This document shows, one piece after another, positions 38,088 to 47,867 of a DNA stretch of 63,673 nucleotides (the stretch's first letter is position 1; each line of letters begins with the position of its first letter). Under the pieces are notes generated by a model. It did no database searches, was not told the origin of the DNA, and saw only the letters and a list, made by a program, of their open reading frames with translations. The position numbers and the translations under genes are program-made. Source of the stretch: Desulfobacterota bacterium AH_259_B03_O07. GTDB lineage: Bacteria > Desulfobacterota_D > UBA1144 > Nemesobacterales > CSP1-2. The stretch is taken from assembly GCA_027717645.1 (NCBI GenBank), contig JALLOG010000003.1:1-63673 (forward strand), given 5' to 3'.

Positions 38088-39113
38088 TCAACTAAAAGCC
38101 GGAATAACCTCTTTTCCAAAAAGCTCGATGCAGTCGGAAATTATTTTATGATTTGCTTGGGGGAATACCATACGGCATGCTATATAGTTAATTCCCAGCT
38201 CATCTTTATAACGGTTTATCTCTTTTATACTTTCCTCAGGCGTTCCAATTATGAACCTCTCTTCGGCAAGGTGCTCAAATAATGGATCATCAAGACCAGT
38301 AAGTTGAGTACCTCTGACGTACATTTTTACACCTAATGTGAAATAGTACTTATACAAATCGATGATGTATTTGTTACCACCTTGTTTGGCTTTTTCGCTG
38401 TTGGAATGCACGTATGTTTCTCTTATCAATATATGTTCGATACCATCGGGACTTCTACCAGCTTCTTTTGCGCCTTCATTATAAAAGTTCAAAGTATCTC
38501 TAACCATTTGCATAGTTCTTCCCGGACCGATTAATAGTGGATAACCAAGCTTGCCGGCCCTTTTTATACCGGGTTCTTCGAATGCCCCAATGTAGATTGG
38601 TATGTGGGGTTTCTGAACCGGCTTTGGAGTGACATTGATATTATCAAACTTATATCTCTTTCCTTCAAAAGAAAAATTTTCCTCCGTCCATGCTTTGACA
38701 ATAACATCGATCCCTTCTTCCATTCTTGATGGTCTCTGATTCATTGGAACACCGATTCCATCAAATTCCTCTTTCCTATATCCTAAGACAACTCCCAAAT
38801 TAAATCTCCCATTTGAGATGTTATCTACCATTGCAGCGTCCTCGGCGACTCTGACCGGGTTATGAAGCGGCAGAATCACCCCAGCCGAACCTATTTGTAT
38901 ACTGCTTGTGACAGCAGCCATAGCTGAAGCAATGACAGGGGGGTAAGGGCAGTATCCATCTGGCAGGAAGTGGTGTTCAGAAATCCAAGCAGAATCGAAG
39001 TTTACATCTTCGGCCAGTTTAACTTGTTCCAGAGTTTGTTTATATATTTCCGCATTCGTAACAGGATTATCCTGATGTGTCTGCATTGTGAATAGTCCAA
39101 TACCAAACTTCAT
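38088..39113 (-). CDS. LLM-class flavin-dependent oxidoreductase
   Basis: AWISEHHF, HNPVRVAED, ISNGRFNLGV, PKPVQKPHIPI. Confidence 0.9.
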   Translation of the reverse strand: MKFGIGLFTMQTHQDNPVTNAEIYKQTLEQVKLAEDVNFDSAWISEHHFLPDGYCPYPPVIASAMAAVTSSIQIGSAGVILPLHNPVRVAEDAAMVDNISNGRFNLGVVLGYRKEEFDGIGVPMNQRPSRMEEGIDVIVKAWTEENFSFEGKRYKFDNINVTPKPVQKPHIPIYIGAFEEPGIKRAGKLGYPLLIGPGRTMQMVRDTLNFYNEGAKEAGRSPDGIEHILIRETYVHSNSEKAKQGGNKYIIDLYKYYFTLGVKMYVRGTQLTGLDDPLFEHLAEERFIIGTPEESIKEINRYKDELGINYIACRMVFPQANHKIISDCIELFGKEVIPAFS

Positions 39114-39138
39114 TTTTGTTCCTCCATTATCAGCTAAA

Positions 39139-39576
39139 TTAACTTACAAATGATGTCTTAAGTCCCTGATGACCTGCGAACTCTTTTTGTCTCTTATCCG
39201 ATGTGACAAAAGTCAGATCTATTTCAGTAGTATCTTTAAATATCAAGGCTGATGCTATATGGATAGAATCTAGTGTCCTAGAATCAGATTGAAGAGCAAC
39301 TGACTCAGCCTGAAGTAAGATTTCATCAGTCAACCTCAAAATCTCAATGTACTCAGTATCCTTCTTTATCCTGCTTACAAGGCTATCAAAATCCTTATCA
39401 CCTATTTCTCCTCTTTTCCTTTTTCTGGAAAGGCTGGAAAAGCACTCGATTGTTAGTATTGCTGAGGAAAGGATTCTACTTTTTTTCACAAGATTCCTTG
39501 CTACCTGAGACCCTTTCTCTCTCACGAAAAGCTTTAGATATGTGCTGGTATCTATATAAACCCATGGAAGATTCAT
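39139..39576 (-). CDS. vapC: PIN-domain toxin VapC
   Basis: YIDTSTYLKL, RTLDSIHIASA, FVTSDKRQ. Confidence 0.88.
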   Translation of the reverse strand: MNLPWVYIDTSTYLKLFVREKGSQVARNLVKKSRILSSAILTIECFSSLSRKRKRGEIGDKDFDSLVSRIKKDTEYIEILRLTDEILLQAESVALQSDSRTLDSIHIASALIFKDTTEIDLTFVTSDKRQKEFAGHQGLKTSFVS

Positions 39577-39624
39577 CGTATGATCTCTTGACTAAACGCC
39601 AAGTTGGCTGAGGCTAATGCATGT

Positions 39625-39912
39625 CTAAAACCTCTCTTCTCTTTCTTCTATTACAATTTGCGAAATAGGCTTGCCACTAATAGTAACCAGTTTATGAAGT
39701 GGAAATCTACCCCTTTTCGTGCATTTTAGTATGCCTTGTTCCTCTAAAACTTTTACTCTTTGATTTTCCTTTACACCTTTTCCCTGAGGGATTGGTTTAA
39801 TAACAGCAATAGGGTTACCTCTCTCGGTTAAAACAACCTCTTTGCCATTTTTAACCATCTTAAGATACTTTGAAAAGTGTAAGTTTGCTTCTCTTAGTCC
39901 AATTTTTGTCAA
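39625..39912 (-). CDS. Phd/YefM-family antitoxin
   Basis: IGLREANLHFSKYLKMVKNGKEVVLTERGNPIAVIKP; operator-like TGTAGT-N6-ACTACA at 39927-39944. Confidence 0.88.
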   Translation of the reverse strand: MTKIGLREANLHFSKYLKMVKNGKEVVLTERGNPIAVIKPIPQGKGVKENQRVKVLEEQGILKCTKRGRFPLHKLVTISGKPISQIVIEEREERF

Positions 39913-39977
39913 TATTCAACTCCGATTGTAGTTATGTCACTACATTTTATCATAAATCATTTATTATATCAAAATAT

Positions 39978-40871
39978 TTAATTCGTACTTTGCATATAGA
40001 CTTTTACAAATTGATCGGCAAATTCCTCAAAACTAGTCGGTGTAATATTATCCTTTGTTCTCGGGGAATGTCTTCCTATAATGCCTTCATTCGTTGATTT
40101 TATGAGTTCTAACATCAATCGGCTCACATCTGTGCTCATTCCAGCTGCTGTAAGTCCTTTCTCAGCGTCTTCGTAAGAGAGCTGGACATATTTCAAATTT
40201 GGTTTTCCTATTCTTTCGCCGATGATACTTGTGGCTTCATTAAAGGATAAATCTCTTTCTCCCCGCAATTCCTTGACTACTTTTCCTGAAAAGTCTAATT
40301 TCAACAAATGCCCAGTTGCCTCATCTGCTATATCTTTTGTAAACACCATTGGAAACTTTATGTCGCCTTTGAATGCTGTTGCTATAACTCCTTTGTTTTT
40401 AATCATATCTATGTATCTCAAAAAGTTATCCATGAAATAGGCTGGTCTTAAGTGGATAATGTTGATATCCTTGAGTTTATTTAGCCGTTGTTCCTGATCA
40501 TAAAGGCCTTTTACAGGGCCGGTTTTATCTGGTCTGTATGCACTCAGACTGCTTAAGTTAACAATGTGTTTAACACCCGATACTTGAATCGCATTGGCTA
40601 TTGATTCACCAATTTTATTATCACACGCACGCAAGTTATTTACGGTATTGTCACGGGGTGTCATCCCATAAATAGCCTTAGAATCCCAAAATGCATTTGT
40701 TAAGAATGAAGATTCGAAGGCATCACCTATGAGAGCATCGGCACCTCGATCTATAAACCTTTGAAGCCTTTCTTTAGACCTGCCGAGTACTCTTACTTTT
40801 TCCCCTTTATCCAACAGGTTTTTTGTTATTTTACTTCCAATGTTTCCTGAAGCTCCCATTATGGAGTACAT
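39978..40871 (-). CDS. NmrA-family NAD(P)-binding protein
   Basis: GASGNIGS, VNLSS, LRPAYFMDN. Confidence 0.85.
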   Translation of the reverse strand: MYSIMGASGNIGSKITKNLLDKGEKVRVLGRSKERLQRFIDRGADALIGDAFESSFLTNAFWDSKAIYGMTPRDNTVNNLRACDNKIGESIANAIQVSGVKHIVNLSSLSAYRPDKTGPVKGLYDQEQRLNKLKDINIIHLRPAYFMDNFLRYIDMIKNKGVIATAFKGDIKFPMVFTKDIADEATGHLLKLDFSGKVVKELRGERDLSFNEATSIIGERIGKPNLKYVQLSYEDAEKGLTAAGMSTDVSRLMLELIKSTNEGIIGRHSPRTKDNITPTSFEEFADQFVKVYMQSTN

Positions 40872-40921
40872 GATATTTCAGTTTTGATAAGAATTTCCAC
40901 TAAGTCAAACCGTCAATACTT

Positions 40922-40937
40922 TTGGATGCCTAATAAA
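40922..40937 (+). repeat. att core, left
   Basis: TTGGATGCCTAATAAA, 58 bp beyond the integrase stop; identical to 52478-52493. Confidence 0.8.
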
Positions 40938-40995
40938 ACCGCCCTTATTCTATTTAGGCTGGAAAGAAATAATAATAATTAAGATAGGTTACAGC

Positions 40996-42081
40996 TTATC
41001 CTGCTTGTTTAATTTCGTCCCTAGTGTCCATAGAGGTGTCTAGAGTTTCAAAATTTAGGCTTTCTACAGCCTTCATTTTATGCAATGGGGTAGGGTGAGA
41101 ATAACGTTTTGTCATTTTAATATCTTTATGTCCTAGCAATTCTCCAACTGTTACAAGGTCATATCCTGCCATTACTAAACGACTAGCAAAAGTGTGACGC
41201 AGATCATGAAAAGTACACTTATTTATACCTGAGAGTCTAAGAGCTTTGTAAAATTCACTTTCTACACGTCTAATTTGTTTAATTATCTGATCACCAAACA
41301 AATATTCATTGTTGTTATTCTTAAGTAATGGCCTTATTGTTTCTTTTAATGTTTTATTTAAAGGGATCGATCTTGATTCATTATTCTTGCTATCTCTAAC
41401 AGTTAAATATTCTTGATTAAGGTCAATGTCATCGTGTTTTAAATTCAATATCTCACTTCTTCTCATCCCCGAATTTAATGCAATTACAAGAATAGGCTTT
41501 AGAAAGTCGGATGAGGTTTTATATAGCGTTTGAAACTCATTATTAGAAAGTATTCTTAATTTATTAGGTCTTTCTGGAAAGAGTTTGACTCTCTTGACAG
41601 GGTTAACAGTTATAAACCCCCAATCAATAGCCTTATTAAACATAGTTTTTAGACAAGAAAGTTCCTTATTAATTGTAGCTTTTGCTATTAGTTTTTTATT
41701 ACGTGAAATATCCTTTTGTCTTATTGCCTTGTATTTTTCTATTTGCCAACTATTTATTTGATTAAGATTCTTTCCTGAAAAGAATTTAAGTAGTGTCTTT
41801 ATTGATGTTATATCCCTTTTCCAAGACCTTTTATTAGGTTTTGAATATTCTTCAATATAACGCTCTGCAAATTTGTCAAGGAGTACGGGTTCTTTAGTTT
41901 GTGCAATTTCAAATTTGCCCTCTGCTATTTGAGCCTTTCTAATTGATAGAGCCTTAAGCGCATCCTGTCTATTTATATGTATAGGATCAACCCCTGGAAT
42001 GGTTACTGTCTCCCTTTTTCTTTTACCATCCGGTTGATAATAATCTATGTACCACCTATTATCTTTTTTATATACTCCCAT
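40996..42081 (-). CDS. Tyrosine recombinase/integrase
   Basis: SGMRRSE, SKN, FHDLRHTFAS, LLGH, RYSH catalytic residues; N-terminal arm-binding-like domain. Confidence 0.95.
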   Translation of the reverse strand: MGVYKKDNRWYIDYYQPDGKRKRETVTIPGVDPIHINRQDALKALSIRKAQIAEGKFEIAQTKEPVLLDKFAERYIEEYSKPNKRSWKRDITSIKTLLKFFSGKNLNQINSWQIEKYKAIRQKDISRNKKLIAKATINKELSCLKTMFNKAIDWGFITVNPVKRVKLFPERPNKLRILSNNEFQTLYKTSSDFLKPILVIALNSGMRRSEILNLKHDDIDLNQEYLTVRDSKNNESRSIPLNKTLKETIRPLLKNNNNEYLFGDQIIKQIRRVESEFYKALRLSGINKCTFHDLRHTFASRLVMAGYDLVTVGELLGHKDIKMTKRYSHPTPLHKMKAVESLNFETLDTSMDTRDEIKQAG

Positions 42082-42083
42082 GG

Positions 42084-42290
42084 TTATTTCCTCCTACTCT
42101 TTATTTTTGTTTCAGGCAATAAAGGCTCTTTAAGCTTATAGCCTTCTCTTTTCATTACTTCATGAATCCAACCTCTTATTATTTCTGAGACTGTTAACAT
42201 GTTATCTTCGGCATAGTTATTGATAAAGGCTAACTCAACAGGATGGAGCCATACACTGAATAACTTTGTTCTAATTCTTTTAGTTCTCAT
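42084..42290 (-). CDS. Small RHH-like regulator co-transcribed with the integrase
   Basis: RTKLFSVWL...ELAFINNYAED...VSEIIRGWI beta-alpha-alpha pattern; ends 2 bp before the integrase start. Confidence 0.55.
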   Translation of the reverse strand: MRTKRIRTKLFSVWLHPVELAFINNYAEDNMLTVSEIIRGWIHEVMKREGYKLKEPLLPETKIKSRRK

Positions 42291-42326
42291 GTTAGTATAT
42301 TATACTAACAAAATTTATTATGTCAA
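42290..42326 (-). promoter_or_regulatory. Sigma70 promoter with overlapping palindromic operator
   Basis: TTGACA-N16-TATAAT, 8 nt before the ATG; perfect palindrome TGTTAGTATA-T-TATACTAACA at 42290-42310. Confidence 0.7.
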
Positions 42327-42514
42327 GAGTTAAATATAATCGTTGATTTATGTACGATCCTATAGAAGATAAGAAAAGTTATGGAGATTAGAAAGCGGGG
42401 TAATGGGTCATTTGATGGGAGAATATATATGGCCTTAATTTTATGAAAAATGCTAAATTAAAATCCACGATCTCAGTTAGAATGAAATTAAGGTTGAATT
42501 ATTAATTGTTATTT

Positions 42515-42679
42515 CTAGAAGGCTTTTGGTCTCAGTTAAAAAGGTCAATACATGGAACCTATCATTCTGTTAGTACGAAGCATCTACAACTTTATGTTGA
42601 TGAGTTTGCTTTTCGTTACAATCGTCGATTTTCTGGGATTCCTTTCTTTGATCTTCTTCTTCAAAGATTGGTTTGGTAG
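42515..42679 (+). pseudogene. IS1595-family transposase C-terminal remnant
   Basis: Translates LEGFWSQLKRSIHGTYHSVSTKHLQLYVDEFAFRYNRR...*; not in the ORF track. Confidence 0.85.
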
Positions 42680-42765
42680 ATTTATTTAATATTTAGTAAA
42701 AATAATCTTTATTTGTATGTAACTTATCATCTTTTTTCTTGCTCAATAAAAACCACCTCGAACAT

Positions 42766-43119
42766 TTATTGAAATCCCAAAACAAACTCTAATTTTTGCT
42801 CAATTTCATCCATTTTGGCATCAGATAACTTTCCTATTTTTTTTCTTAACCTTTCTTTCGCTACCGCTCTTATTTGATGGCAACGAGCAGTAGAATTTGA
42901 ATCTAATCCACCTTCGCTTTTTTTTAAAAACACATCTGTTATACGCCCCGCTTTTTTGGGTGTCAATGTAGAAATTGGAACTACAATAGTGGTAAGAAAG
43001 TTGGGAATTTTGTTAAGTTTCTCGCCTTGTATAATAACAACAGGACGAACACCTTTTTGTTCTGCACCTACAGCATCAACCGATAAATTAGCGATATATA
43101 CCTCTCCTCTTGTGATAAT
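42766..43119 (-). CDS. mazF: MazF/PemK toxin with apparent ATT start
   Basis: Frame open from 43119: IITRGEVYIANL...GAEQKGVRPVVIIQ...TIVVPIST...GGLDSNSTARCHQIRAVAKERL. Confidence 0.85.
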   Translation of the reverse strand: MITRGEVYIANLSVDAVGAEQKGVRPVVIIQGEKLNKIPNFLTTIVVPISTLTPKKAGRITDVFLKKSEGGLDSNSTARCHQIRAVAKERLRKKIGKLSDAKMDEIEQKLEFVLGFQ

Positions 43120-43937
43120 TAATATCCTTCTTTTTCCAATATTCCAACATAGTCTTTCAGTCCAGCTTCAGCCAGCCATTTATCTTCTTCATCGCTTTCA
43201 ATATTTACCTCTTCTTTTGCCGATAGGATGTGAGGATAGCGAATTATTCCAATTTTCTTTGCTACACGATATGTATCAATACTTAGGCTTTCGCATAATA
43301 CAGCTAAATGCTTTAAGATTTGTTTCTTTATTTGAAAAGTTACTCCTTCCATCAATCCTAAAATCAAACAGGAAATCAATAAATCTGAGATCGTTGCAAA
43401 AAACTCAAGTGTAGTAAACAGTTGGAATTTATCATTGAAAAATTCTTCATTCAATATATTTTGTTCGCAGAGTTCTTTTAAGCCATTCTTTACTTTCTTT
43501 CGGGTTTTCAATAACATAACAACGGCTAAAGCTGCATTTATACCAATAAAATTTTCAGCTTCGCTTTCAAAGAATCCTACAATTTCCTCTTCTATTTTTT
43601 CTATTCTTATCTTATCTTGTTTCGCAAGTTCCTTATTCTTATGCAACAAGCTTGAGAATGCCGATATAATGGAACGTCTTAATTCACGAAACTCATCGAG
43701 TTTGTCTCCAATTTCATGGTCTAATTGTTTAAGATTCTTAATTCTTAATATAGGAATTAAAATTTCCTGTTCGACTTGCTCAAAGAGTTCCCTCACTACT
43801 TTATCTAATTTCTGTGGTGGCACATGAACAGAACGTTCTTTTATTTTCCTGGCATCAAAAATAGACCTCGTTTGATTAAAAAGAACATAACTTGGCCTAA
43901 ATGACATCTTATTCTCAAAATTGAGACCTAATGTCAT
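43119..43937 (-). CDS. Helical protein with MazE-like acidic C-terminal tail (putative long antitoxin)
   Basis: Stop overlaps the mazF start; ends ESDEEDKWLAEAGLKDYVGILEKEGY. Confidence 0.55.
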   Translation of the reverse strand: MTLGLNFENKMSFRPSYVLFNQTRSIFDARKIKERSVHVPPQKLDKVVRELFEQVEQEILIPILRIKNLKQLDHEIGDKLDEFRELRRSIISAFSSLLHKNKELAKQDKIRIEKIEEEIVGFFESEAENFIGINAALAVVMLLKTRKKVKNGLKELCEQNILNEEFFNDKFQLFTTLEFFATISDLLISCLILGLMEGVTFQIKKQILKHLAVLCESLSIDTYRVAKKIGIIRYPHILSAKEEVNIESDEEDKWLAEAGLKDYVGILEKEGY

Positions 43938-44213
43938 ATATTAACCTCCTTAATATTTTATTTCTGCCTACCCCATATCATACAATAATCATTATATCAA
44001 GGAATATTTACACTGGAATGGTCTCTATATATAGTACATTAGACCTAGCACCTTGACAAATGTCAAGATTTTTATGCCAATACCTGCAATGTCATTATTA
44101 ATTATAATCATTTTAATGGAGATTTTAGATGGCTAAAAACGAAAAAATGTCAAAAAGTGTTGGTTTGCATAGTCAACATTATACATTAATCTTTAATTGG
44201 AGAAATATAAATT

Positions 44214-44432
44214 ATGTCTAACAGCAAATATATTATTAAAATTGATCCCACAAAAGAAGATAAATATGAAATAGAAATTTATTGCAAGAGATGTAATGAA
44301 CCTTTCGACTTGCCATTAAACATCTCTACCACAGATAATCTTGAACAAATATTACATATAATAAAATTAAAAATGAACCATTTAAAATGCCCAAACTGCG
44401 AGATAAATAAAATAGATGATTACTTGTCATAA
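44214..44432 (+). CDS. Small zinc-ribbon protein
   Basis: CKRC...CPNC; RBS GGAG. Confidence 0.5.
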   Translation: MSNSKYIIKIDPTKEDKYEIEIYCKRCNEPFDLPLNISTTDNLEQILHIIKLKMNHLKCPNCEINKIDDYLS

Positions 44433-44619
44433 GGGGATACTTACGTTATATAATGATAAGAATATGTAAGCTAAAATAAACGTGATAGATTGAAACTAAC
44501 TATTTCCCCCTATCCTTCCCCTCAATCTTCCCCACACACATATACACTAATATTCAAGCTGATTATATTTAGTTCCTCTAAGCTCTAGCAATAATGGTTA
44601 AATTTGGTAATATATATAT

Positions 44620-45108
44620 ATGAACAATAAACCCGTACCAACTAATCAAAAAGACTTAAAATTGAGTGATTTCCCTCCAATTCTGCGAAAAGTTCTCAAA
44701 TATAAGCTCGATAATGGCCAAGAAGTTATTACTTTTAAGGGTATATGTAATAAACTAAATATCAATTTTGATAGCTTTAAGGCAAACAAGTGGAAATATG
44801 CCAATAAATATAATAAAGACTTGGATTTATATCTTGACGAACATAGGATGGATGTAATTAAAAGGGGTACGTTTGATACATATCAGAGTATTACTTTACA
44901 GGCACAAGAAGGTAAACTCGGACAACAAAAGCTTGTAGCAGAGCTCAGGGGAGATATAAGGAATAAACTAGAAATAGATCACAAAGTAACAGGGCTCTTT
45001 GCCTGTTTTAGCCCTAATCCTAATGTAATGCCAAAAGATATAGAAGAGAAAAGAAAGGAAATGAAGCCAAACGGCGTGCAAATAATCGACATTGACTTGG
45101 ACGACTAA
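44620..45108 (+). CDS. Terminase small subunit-like HTH protein
   Basis: N-terminal HTH-like segment, helical middle, KLEIDHKVTG strand and terminal IIDIDLDD, a layout typical of TerS; weak. Confidence 0.45.
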   Translation: MNNKPVPTNQKDLKLSDFPPILRKVLKYKLDNGQEVITFKGICNKLNINFDSFKANKWKYANKYNKDLDLYLDEHRMDVIKRGTFDTYQSITLQAQEGKLGQQKLVAELRGDIRNKLEIDHKVTGLFACFSPNPNVMPKDIEEKRKEMKPNGVQIIDIDLDD

Positions 45109-45696
45109 AGGAAGTATAGTGAATAAGGCTATCTCAGGATTGATTGCCTTGAAATATTTTAATCGATCTCCACATCATCACCGGACGGGTGTTTGTTCGA
45201 CATAGGCGTTGGGTATTCACCCGTCTCCCCCCTTGATATAACGTCCGTTAATACCTAAACTATCCACCTTAAATGTACTAATCACAAGATGTAGTGTTAG
45301 ATCCCAGAGTCTGATATTGTGTTTACTGTAAACTTTCCGAATTTGTAACCTACCTAAAGTATTACATTCTTTTTCATGGCTTGTTTTACCCTCAATTATC
45401 GTAGGTTCATGGTTATTATTGATACAAGTACCATAGGTTATTAATGCCACTTAATAGTTAAATCTTCTACAATTATGAGCTAATTCCATTAAATCATTGA
45501 CAAATTCAAACATTTTCTTGTGAGCAACCCAAGTGGTAAAGTTAGGGCATACCCCAATATATTGTGGCTTCGCTTATCCCCAAATATCTATCAATACATA
45601 GGTATCATTTGCCTAACACATACCCATTTCAATTGAATTGATTGAAATTAATTTACAAGCCTGGACTTATTCAAACACATTTTAAATATATTTAAT

Positions 45697-45870
45697 GAGG
45701 GGTAGGGGGGGTGCGTAGCAGCTATTTAAGGGCAGGGGGTAGGGTATACCCCTGGGGGTTGCCAGGTACCCTATCCCCCCAACGCTATTTATGTATACCC
45801 CTTGATTCTGGCAAAAAAAACTCAGCTAGTGCAATCTGCATTTGTTATAGCCTTCACCCCCCCCCCACCA
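45697..45870. other. G/C-run-rich non-coding tract, possible packaging (pac/cos-like) site
   Basis: GGGGGTAGGGGGGG...GGGGGTAGGGTATACCCCTGGGGG...GGTACCCTATCCCCCC...C-run inside AT-rich DNA, downstream of the TerS-like gene. Confidence 0.4.
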
Positions 45871-46148
45871 ACTCATCCCAACCGTAGTATATCTAGGTGA
45901 CAGTATGGCTTTATTCATCCTTCAGGTAAAATGAACCCTCGAATCTTTGAAGTTAAAAATCATCTTAATAGAACCTAATCTAAATTATGTGAAGTTTTGG
46001 AGGTAGATATGGGTGAGTTTTTGAATATGGAGCGAACTAAATTCATAAACTCAAAATTTTGAATACGAAAGTTTTACTCATTAATTGGTTAAAGTTGATA
46101 AGTTTTGAGTTTTGAATAAAAGGATATCAAAACTCCAATTTAGAAAAA

Positions 46149-47360
46149 GTGGAAAAGTACTTAAAACGTTCATTAATTTTATTTCTATACTGTAGCCCAT
46201 GTCTTGCTGTACTTACATTAAATCTCGCCTTATATTATGAACAGGGGCCAGGTGAGGTAGTCGAGCCTATTTATCAATATATTGATTACATTTCTGGAAA
46301 TAAGGAAGTCCCAGACAATCTTATAAAAGGTAATATTGTAGCAAAGCGATTAGTAAATTTTCTTAATAAGGAAAATTTACTAAAAAATTTAAAAAACATT
46401 AGGGAGAATGCTAGTAAAACTTTAAATTCCATTTGGTTATTTAATAGCTTATTCATTTTAGGTCTGGCAATACTCCCATTTCTGATTTTAGGTATTGGTC
46501 TGGCAAAGCAATTTCCACACAAACACTCTCTAACCGATTTATATGGAATTGCATTACGAGATTGGCCTATGAAATGCCTGGTCGGTTTTGTACTCACATT
46601 TGGTTTCTTATACGTCTTTAACCCCATTGGATGGGGGGCGAGCATGGCTTATAATTTCGTCTCGTATGAAGACGTTATTTCATCTAGTAACCTACCGCTT
46701 ATAGTTGATTACAAACAAGCGGGAATGAAACATATAGTTGCAGGTTTCTTAGGCTGGTACCTGCAACTTATTGGATATTTTCTATATAAATTATATAAAG
46801 GAGATGTGATAAGTTCTAATGTTTACAAGAAGTCTTTTACTAAAGTTTTATTTGTACTAGGTATTGGTCTTATACTTTCGTCTTTTACAGAAGATGAAGG
46901 ATTAGTCGTGGTTTTCTTAATTGGCTTCCTTCCGCAATCAGCTATTAGTATGCTCAGAGAGTACAGTACTAAATTAGTTTCTGGTGTACAGGAGCAGGGA
47001 GCATCACTATCAATTTTACCAGGCATGTCTCGATGGGGTATTCAAAGATTGGAAGAAGAGGAAGTAGACAGTATACCTACTCTGGCAACTTATAATTCAG
47101 AAGAACTAAAAGAGAGGATACCCCCAGAAGCGATTAATCCCGAACTTTTAGACTATTGGATTGATATGGCAAGACTGATGACGGTAATAGGGGCTGAAAA
47201 GTATAAACTCCTGGAAGGAATTTGTAAGACGGCTACTTATTTCATTCAAATGTCGTCTGATGATAAGTTCAAGGAATCAATTAAGGAAATTGGTAAGATT
47301 TCAAATCCCGATGAAATTACCGATAAAATTAAGAAATTGCTAAGTAAACCATCGATTTAG
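46149..47360 (+). CDS. Multi-pass membrane cargo protein with C-terminal HhH-like domain
   Basis: About six hydrophobic segments; LSILPGMSRWGIQRLEEEEVDSIPTLAT. Confidence 0.6.
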   Translation: MEKYLKRSLILFLYCSPCLAVLTLNLALYYEQGPGEVVEPIYQYIDYISGNKEVPDNLIKGNIVAKRLVNFLNKENLLKNLKNIRENASKTLNSIWLFNSLFILGLAILPFLILGIGLAKQFPHKHSLTDLYGIALRDWPMKCLVGFVLTFGFLYVFNPIGWGASMAYNFVSYEDVISSSNLPLIVDYKQAGMKHIVAGFLGWYLQLIGYFLYKLYKGDVISSNVYKKSFTKVLFVLGIGLILSSFTEDEGLVVVFLIGFLPQSAISMLREYSTKLVSGVQEQGASLSILPGMSRWGIQRLEEEEVDSIPTLATYNSEELKERIPPEAINPELLDYWIDMARLMTVIGAEKYKLLEGICKTATYFIQMSSDDKFKESIKEIGKISNPDEITDKIKKLLSKPSI

Positions 47361-47615
47361 CTTAAATACCTTTGCACAAATAAAGGGTGATGCGAACGAG
47401 GATGGCATGGCAACCTCTGCTGACATTACTTTTGTAATACTTGAGATATTTAATTAGTGATATGCGGTTATAATTTAAAAAAACCAAAGTGTTCCACCTT
47501 CCGTATTAAAGCCTCAGTCTTTTTCCTTAACAGTAGATTTGTTCACATAGTTATAGCCGGTCAACTTGCCATCCAAAAACCATATTTAATTGACTTGACT
47601 CAGCTAATTTTCTAA

Positions 47616-47867
47616 TCAATTTGCGACCCACCTCGGCAATTCCCCTTCAGCCTTCATTTTCGTTATTAGTTGATCTAATCCCTCTGATATACCCATATAA
47701 CTCGGGCAGCTATCAACTATTCCATCTACAGTAAAGTTATATTTAGCACATATAAAACAATCACCTACTTCACTAAAATTTAGGTAGAAACACTTTAAAC
47801 AAAGTCCTTGAACGACATATCGGTTAACTTCGCTGTCGTTCCTCATAAAGCCTTTTGATTGCCTCAA
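47616..47867 (-). CDS. Small Cys-rich protein
   Basis: CLKC...CFIC...CPSY; overlaps the primase end. Confidence 0.45.
   Translation of the reverse strand: MRQSKGFMRNDSEVNRYVVQGLCLKCFYLNFSEVGDCFICAKYNFTVDGIVDSCPSYMGISEGLDQLITKMKAEGELPRWVAN

Noticed and set aside
40922-40937. att core as a tRNA 3' end or dif site
   Set aside because: No T-arm or cloverleaf nearby; it loosely resembles a XerC arm but no XerD arm follows either copy.
42956-43827. Plus-strand ORFs 42956..43414 and 43435..43827
   Set aside because: Antisense to mazF and its partner.
45217-45560. Small minus-strand ORFs between the TerS-like gene and the G/C tract
   Set aside because: No recognisable motif or clear start; may be decayed phage genes but unsupported.
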